Positions 16,895 through 21,745 of a stretch of DNA of 21,745 nt are shown here, one piece after another. The translations under genes were made by a program, and so were the position numbers. Numbering within the stretch: the first letter of the stretch is position 1; every line of letters begins with the position of its first letter. The DNA lies in assembly GCA_046757165.1 (NCBI GenBank), contig JBHHXT010000069.1, forward strand, positions 1 to 21,745, written 5' to 3'. The stretch is from a bacterium (GTDB lineage Bacteria > Zhuqueibacterota > Zhuqueibacteria > Oceanimicrobiales > Oceanimicrobiaceae). The notes under the pieces were generated by a model. It was not told the DNA's origin. It searched no databases and saw only the letters and a list, made by a program, of their open reading frames with translations.

Positions 16895-18466
16895 CTATCG
16901 AATCAAGGTCATCTTCTTGACACGCCGCTCCAGGGAAACGTTTACCAGCATGTCGCCCTTTGCCTGTTCACGTTTCACCTCAAGGCTATAGATATAGACG
17001 CCGCTCGGTGCTTGCATCTTGTCCTCATTCGTCCCGTCCCAAACCACCGTATGAAAACCGGCCGCCAGGTCTTCTTTGACCAGCGATTTGATGAGCTGGC
17101 CCAGCGGATTGTACACCTTCAGCTCGACCGTGCGCTGCTTGTCGAGGAAAAACCGGATCTCCGTCTCCGGGTTGAAGGGATTGGGATAGTTCTGAAACAG
17201 GGCGAAGGTTTGGGGATTGAAGATGTCTTGAGGATCGCTGATAGGGTCCTCGATCATCGTGTAAGAAATTCGGCTGTTGGCAGCAATAATGTTCGGATCT
17301 TGCGCCCGGTCCCGCACGTTGTTGACGGTGAGCGAATAGGTGTCGCCTTGCTGGTGGGCGGTTGTGATGAGGTGCACCGTGGTCAGGTTTGCGTCCAGAA
17401 TGGCACCCAGGACGCTGATGCCATTGTTGATAGCATAATTGCTCTTGTTCTCTGCGGTGCTTTGCTCCACCGGCTCGCTGAAATTGACGTCGATCTGCGT
17501 TGTCCCGTTCACACTGACCGAAACCAGTGTCGGCGGCTGGTTGTCGCCGGCAGCAGGGGTCTGGTAGGTCACGGAACTGTTGGAGGCGATGGTGTTCCCC
17601 GCTTCATCCTGAACATCATTGACCGTCAACGTGTAGCTGGTCTCATTTTGATGCGAGGTGGTCGTCAATTGCACCACCTGCCCGTTGCTGCTCAACGTGG
17701 CCTGCAGCACCTGCACCCCGTTGCTGATCTCGTAGTTCGACCTCCTCTGAGCAGAAGTCGCGTCAAGTCGCTCGTTGAAAACAACATCGAGGTGGGTCAG
17801 GTCCACCACTGCGACGCTGTTCACTTGTGGCGGCGTGGTATCGTCGTTGCCACCGGACAACTGGTAGCTCTTGGAGCTGCCGGCGGAGATTTCATTCCCA
17901 TCCAGGTCCTTCACATTGCTAACCGAGAGCACGTAAGTCACGCCGCGCTCATGCGCGGTCGTGATCAAGTGCACAACTGTCGCATTGGCATCGAGCACCG
18001 CGCCCAGAACCTGAACGCCATTACTAATGGTGTAATTCAGAGCGCTTTGAGCAGAAGTCTGATCGACTACTTCTGAAAAGACAACATCCAACTGCGTTTC
18101 CCCTCGGACCACAACATCGATGAGCTCAGGGGGATTGGTGTCGCCGTTGCCGCTGAGCGTCACACTTACTTCCGCTGAAAAATCACTTTCATTGCCGGAA
18201 AAGTCATAGGCCGTGACGGCGAAGAAATAGGTCTTCCCGTCTTGCAAGTTGTTCCAGGTAAACTCCGTGACGTTGCCAACGTCGACGACCCCGGTGTAGT
18301 TGCCAGAAGATTCCCCTATATAGATATTGTAGCCCGCCAGATCGCTCTCTGTATTCGCGTCCCAGCTCACCGTCACCGTGACAGCCATGGCGACGGCAGC
18401 CCAGAGCAACATTGAAACTGTCAAAACAACAGATAGCGTTGACTTTCTCTTTCCTCTCGACATCAT
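16895..18466 (-). CDS. Secreted protein: signal peptide + FN3 + three Ig-like repeats + FlgD-Ig/T9SS-type C-terminal sorting domain
   Basis: AMA cleavage site and FN3 (VSWDANTESDLAGYNIY...YFFAVTAYDFSGNES). Three D..PP...F.E...NY.I.NG repeats. CTD QNYPNPFNPET...WDG...SGVY...KKMTLIR. RBS AGGAG 7 nt before ATG 18466. Confidence 0.85.
   Translation of the reverse strand: MMSRGKRKSTLSVVLTVSMLLWAAVAMAVTVTVSWDANTESDLAGYNIYIGESSGNYTGVVDVGNVTEFTWNNLQDGKTYFFAVTAYDFSGNESDFSAEVSVTLSGNGDTNPPELIDVVVRGETQLDVVFSEVVDQTSAQSALNYTISNGVQVLGAVLDANATVVHLITTAHERGVTYVLSVSNVKDLDGNEISAGSSKSYQLSGGNDDTTPPQVNSVAVVDLTHLDVVFNERLDATSAQRRSNYEISNGVQVLQATLSSNGQVVQLTTTSHQNETSYTLTVNDVQDEAGNTIASNSSVTYQTPAAGDNQPPTLVSVSVNGTTQIDVNFSEPVEQSTAENKSNYAINNGISVLGAILDANLTTVHLITTAHQQGDTYSLTVNNVRDRAQDPNIIAANSRISYTMIEDPISDPQDIFNPQTFALFQNYPNPFNPETEIRFFLDKQRTVELKVYNPLGQLIKSLVKEDLAAGFHTVVWDGTNEDKMQAPSGVYIYSLEVKREQAKGDMLVNVSLERRVKKMTLIR
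17258..18142 (-). repeat. Three tandem ~100-aa Ig-like domain repeats within the secreted protein
   Basis: Units at about 18142-17861, 17842-17561 and 17545-17258. The first two are offset by exactly 300 nt. Confidence 0.85.
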
Positions 18467-18514
18467 CTTAGTTCTCCTATGCATTCAAGTTCACGGTGAG
18501 TGGTTCTGCTATCC

Positions 18515-18529
18515 GCAAAAGGTATGCCA
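18515..18529 (-). promoter_or_regulatory. Sigma54 (-24/-12) promoter of the secreted protein gene
   Basis: Minus strand TGGCATACCTTTTGC with exact GG-N10-GC spacing, about 50 nt upstream of the start codon. AT-rich tract further upstream. Confidence 0.85.
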
Positions 18530-18860
18530 TCCGCGGGTTATCATTCATAAAATTCTGTTTAATTTAGGTTTAATCAGCTATGCTATTCTGGCTTTGGCGG
18601 AGGTTTGACAGGAGGATTACAGGTCGGTAATTCACATACGTAATCTATCAGGCTCGATGGTTGGCAGGAAAAAACCGCATTCTCTTTTGTCTCGCAAGCA
18701 TGTCCTGAGCCTGATGGCTTCAATAGCTTGCTTGCCGACCTCTTGGGAAATAAAAGCCGGTGCGGACAAAAGAAAAAAGCCAATCTGCGTTTGGCAGCCT
18801 GGCTTGCAACTCTATCGTTCAGCGAGGCACAATGCCCATGGCATGTGCGGTACTTGTGTC

Positions 18861-19991
18861 TCAGTGATTCTTTTTCCAGGAAGGATGGGTAATCTCATGT
18901 TGGTTGATTTTGTAATTGAGGGCGCGCGGGGAAATGCCGAGCAGATTGGCGGCGTCTTTCTGTACCCACTCGCTGACATGCAGGGCTTTGAGAATGGTCT
19001 CTTTCTCGATATTTGCGAGATTGAGCGAGTCAAAGCAGATCCCTTCACCATCGGATGATTTGCGTCGATCGCGGCCACCGGCGGCGAAGTAGTCTTTGCC
19101 AGACATGGCCAGGTCAGCAGGGGTGATCCATTGTCCATCTTCTGCCACCAGCACCGCGCGTTCGATCAGATTCTTTAGCTCGCGGATGTTGCCGGGCCAG
19201 GAGTGATTTTGAATCAGTGCTTTGGTTTCGTCACAGAACCCCTTGAGCTCCTTGCGGATTTCCTGGGTGTATTTGCGCAGAAAGAACTCGGCGATGATCA
19301 GGATGTCTTCCTTGCGCTCGCGCAATGGCGGAATATCGAGGGTGACCACGTTGAGCCGGTAGTACAGGTCAGCGCGGAATTCACCGGCCTCGATTGCCTC
19401 GATGAGATTCTTGTTGGTCGCAGCAATGACGCGGACATCGACGTTGATGGTTTTGTTGCCCCCGACGCGATTGAAGGTTTGGTCCTGCAGCACGCGCAGA
19501 ATCTTCGCCTGCGTCGCCAGGTGCATGTCGCCAATTTCGTCCAGAAACAACGTGCCGCAGTTGGCTTGCTCGAACTTGCCGATGCGCGTTTGAATAGCGC
19601 CGGTAAATGCCCCTTTTTCATGGCCGAACAGTTCACTCTCGAGCAGGTTCTCTGGCAGGGCCGCGCAGTTCACTTTCACAAACGGCTTGTCTGCACGATT
19701 GCTGATGAACTGGATGAGACTTGCGATCAACTCTTTGCCGGTGCCGGTTTCTCCATGGATCAAAATGGTCGCATTACTTCTTGCCACCTTTTTAATGACA
19801 TTGAAGATCTCCTTGATCTCAGGACTACGACTGACCAGCGGATAGTGAAAGTCAAATCCAAAATTCTTCCCCCAACCATTATTGCTGTGACTCTGGCTTT
19901 TTTTCGATTGCGACATCGATTGTCGTTTGATCTCTTCGAGGATTTCAATGTTGCTATTGCTCCGGTAGGTATCGACAGTTGCATTTGACAT
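18861..19991 (-). CDS. Sigma54-dependent enhancer-binding protein (AAA+ + Fis-type HTH) without a sensory domain
   Basis: Walker A GETGTGKE, ESELFGHEKGAFTGA, Walker B LFLDEIG, FRADLYYRLNV, WPGNIREL and C-terminal HTH AANLLGISPRALNYKI. Only about 50 aa precede the AAA domain. Start codon uncertain (no clear RBS). Confidence 0.92.
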   Translation of the reverse strand: MSNATVDTYRSNSNIEILEEIKRQSMSQSKKSQSHSNNGWGKNFGFDFHYPLVSRSPEIKEIFNVIKKVARSNATILIHGETGTGKELIASLIQFISNRADKPFVKVNCAALPENLLESELFGHEKGAFTGAIQTRIGKFEQANCGTLFLDEIGDMHLATQAKILRVLQDQTFNRVGGNKTINVDVRVIAATNKNLIEAIEAGEFRADLYYRLNVVTLDIPPLRERKEDILIIAEFFLRKYTQEIRKELKGFCDETKALIQNHSWPGNIRELKNLIERAVLVAEDGQWITPADLAMSGKDYFAAGGRDRRKSSDGEGICFDSLNLANIEKETILKALHVSEWVQKDAANLLGISPRALNYKINQHEITHPSWKKNH

Positions 19992-20064
19992 CTGAAATCG
20001 ACCAGCATTTTATTTGATGATTGACATAGTGAATTGAGCCACCGCCAGGGCTACTAGCGGCCAT
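19954..20064 (-). CDS. Putative 36-aa upstream ORF (or frameshifted N-terminus of the activator)
   Basis: GAGGT 5 nt before ATG 20064; MAASSPGGGSIHYVNHQIKCWSISDVKCNCRYLPEQ*. Overlaps the activator start out of frame. Confidence 0.35.
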   Translation of the reverse strand: MAASSPGGGSIHYVNHQIKCWSISDVKCNCRYLPEQ

Positions 20065-20124
20065 GTTTAACCTCAAAACCGACCCCTCTCCTCAAGAATA
20101 GATATTGAGATTTTTCAAAAATTT

Positions 20125-20140
20125 AGCAAAGTTTATGCCA
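20125..20140 (-). promoter_or_regulatory. Sigma54 (-24/-12) promoter upstream of the enhancer-binding protein gene
   Basis: Minus strand TGGCATAAACTTTGCT with exact GG-N10-GC spacing, embedded in AT-rich DNA. Confidence 0.82.
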
Positions 20141-20398
20141 CTGTTAAATTCATGTAAAAACTAAGTCATCCACGTCATCAGCTCAACAAAACAGCATAAA
20201 ACGGAAATTTTCACTATCTATTAATAAATATTAGCGATTCTGTTGCATTTTGATTCCCGCCAAGAGAAAGAATTATACACTCTTTTTTGCCAGGAAAACG
20301 TTGAAGAAAAGTGAGTAGAAAATGGCTATTTTTCGTCCACTGGCCTATTTCGAAACACCTGGCGTTTTTCCCTGTACTACTAAGATTCCAACGGATCA

Positions 20399-20441
20399 AA
20401 GAACCCAACCGGTCGGAATCCCAGAAAGCCGTTGGGTTCTT
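20399..20441 (-). terminator. Hairpin downstream of ecfA2-like gene (possible terminator)
   Basis: 11-bp perfect inverted repeat AAGAACCCAAC/GTTGGGTTCTT; the U-tail is weak. Confidence 0.45.
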
Positions 20442-20487
20442 CTATCAACTGGAAATAGCAACATCGTCGGTTGGAGGTGAAGGTTGG

Positions 20488-21366
20488 CTAGATTACCGGG
20501 TTGCGGCTCTGCGGCGCTGTGGATGATTGCTGCTCGCGCAGCGCTTGCTTGATCTCATCAAGCGTGTACAGACGGTCCGTGTTTAGCCAGCCACGCTGCT
20601 TCAAGAATTCGACCAGGAGCCGGGTACGCGGAAGGGAGAGGCCCGCCTGCTGCAGAACAGTCGGATTCGCGAAGAGCGATTCCTTTGTGCCATCAAAATG
20701 AACTCGGCCCTGCTTTAGAATGACCACACGCTTTACCACCGATGCCACCCAATCCAGATTGTGTGATATGAGCACGATGGTGGCGCCACGAGCATGACAA
20801 GCCTGCAAAACGCTTGTCACCGCGTGCATGCTGTTCAGGTCCAATCCCGCAGTGGGCTCATCGAGTGCCAGGCATTCTGGCTCCAACGCCAGCACCCCTG
20901 CGATGGCTGCCCGGCGCTTTTCGCCGTCGCTCAATTGAAACGGCGAGCGCGTTTTGTATTCTTCGAAATTCAGCGCCACGCTTTGAAGCGCCTCCTGCAC
21001 CCTGCGCCTGACGTCACGCTCGGGGAGCCCCAGATTGCGCGGGCCAAAGGCAACGTCATCGAAGACGGTATCCTCGAAAAACTGGCTTTCCGGAAACTGA
21101 AACACCAGGCCGATGCGCCGGCGCACCGCGGTCAGGCTCGTTTGCTTGTGTGCCAGGTCCTGGCCATCGACCAGAACGCGACCGCTGTCCGGTTTCAGCA
21201 AACCGGTCAGGTGTTGCATCAGGGTCGTTTTCCCCGAGCCGGAGAGCCCGACGAGAGCCAGAAACTCACCGGCTCTGATGTCCAGATTGACATCCCGCAG
21301 CGCGGGCTCAGGCCGGGCTCCGAGCGAGGTGTAACGAAAGGTCAGATTCTCGATGCGGATATGCAA
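20488..21366 (-). CDS. ecfA2: Energy-coupling factor transporter ATPase (EcfA2/CbiO-like)
   Basis: 292 aa. Walker A GLSGSGKT, IGLVFQFPESQFFEDTVFDDVAFGPRNLG, SPFQLSDGEKRRAAIAGVLA, LDEPTAGLD and H-loop ISH. Confidence 0.88.
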   Translation of the reverse strand: MHIRIENLTFRYTSLGARPEPALRDVNLDIRAGEFLALVGLSGSGKTTLMQHLTGLLKPDSGRVLVDGQDLAHKQTSLTAVRRRIGLVFQFPESQFFEDTVFDDVAFGPRNLGLPERDVRRRVQEALQSVALNFEEYKTRSPFQLSDGEKRRAAIAGVLALEPECLALDEPTAGLDLNSMHAVTSVLQACHARGATIVLISHNLDWVASVVKRVVILKQGRVHFDGTKESLFANPTVLQQAGLSLPRTRLLVEFLKQRGWLNTDRLYTLDEIKQALREQQSSTAPQSRNPVI

Positions 21367-21395
21367 GGTAACCGATCACAGGGTATTAATCTTTC

Positions 21396-21727
21396 TTTGA
21401 CAGGATAACAGGATAAACCGGATTTACAGGATCACTCCTCTCCAGGTAAAACCCTAAGCCGGACAAGCCCCGCAGAAGACGCGGGATTGAACAACCGGAA
21501 ATTCGAAATCCTAAACTCCAATTTCGAAAGAGACCGGGCCTGCAAAAAGTCTTGCCAAAAAGTGGCAAAAGGTTACTCGTCAGGCACTGACTGTTCTTTT
21601 GACTTCATCGCTCACGACAATGTCCGGTTTGAATTACCAATCAATTCTCCCTCATTGAACTAAGCGTGATGAACAATTCCTGAAGATGAAATCCTGTACA
21701 TCTTGAGAATCCTGTTATCCCGTCAAA
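21396..21727. repeat. Pair of 37-bp inverted repeats built of ACAGGAT-type 8-9-mers, enclosing ~260 bp
   Basis: 21396-21432 versus 21691-21727: 30/37 positions complementary. Internal heptamer array GAAATTC GAAATCC TAAACTC CAATTTC at 21498-21525. Confidence 0.75.
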
Positions 21728-21745
21728 AATATGCCAATTCTCTGA

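Noticed and set aside
18792..18808. Sigma54-like TGGCAGCCTGGCTTGCA on the plus strand
   Set aside because: Spacing is 11 nt and it points antisense into the activator gene.
18530..18860. Possible riboswitch or ncRNA (e.g. c-di-GMP) between activator and secreted protein
   Set aside because: I recognised no conserved riboswitch motif, and the sigma54 promoter leaves only a ~37-nt leader. An Rfam scan would be decisive.
21541..21557. Sigma54-like TGGCAAGACTTTTTGCA on the minus strand
   Set aside because: GG-to-GC spacing is 11 nt rather than the strictly required 10.
21386..21568. 60-aa minus-strand ORF ending DPVNPVYPVILSKKD
   Set aside because: Its periodic C-terminus is just the translation of the repeat array, and it has no recognisable domain.

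Overview
Bacterial window, probably from an FCB-related or similar lineage (inferred from the secreted protein's C-terminal 'QNYPNPFNPET...SGVY...KKMTLIR' domain). All real genes are on the minus strand. The main feature is a 13-gene, ~16.6 kb Wzx/Wzy-type surface polysaccharide operon (16732->101): SLBB export protein, kinase-less co-polymerase, Wzi, methyltransferase, DegT aminotransferase, Wzx, a coupled methyltransferase + kinase pair, GT2, Wzy/O-antigen-ligase-like protein, two GT4s and WecA. It has a near-consensus sigma70 promoter and a terminal hairpin. Upstream lie a secreted FN3 + 3x Ig-like + C-terminal sorting-domain protein and a sigma54 enhancer-binding protein with no sensor domain; each has its own correctly spaced -24/-12 sigma54 promoter. 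An isolated ecfA2-like ATPase follows. Notable points: (1) a possible self-activating sigma54 module driving a surface protein beside an EPS locus, reminiscent of PrsR/PEP-CTERM logic; (2) a Cys-containing uORF or frameshift at the activator start; (3) a 109-bp attC-like/MITE-like hairpin right after an AT-richer methyltransferase; (4) a split WbdD-like methyltransferase/kinase pair; (5) intergenic palindromes built from 7-mer and 8-9-mer repeats.
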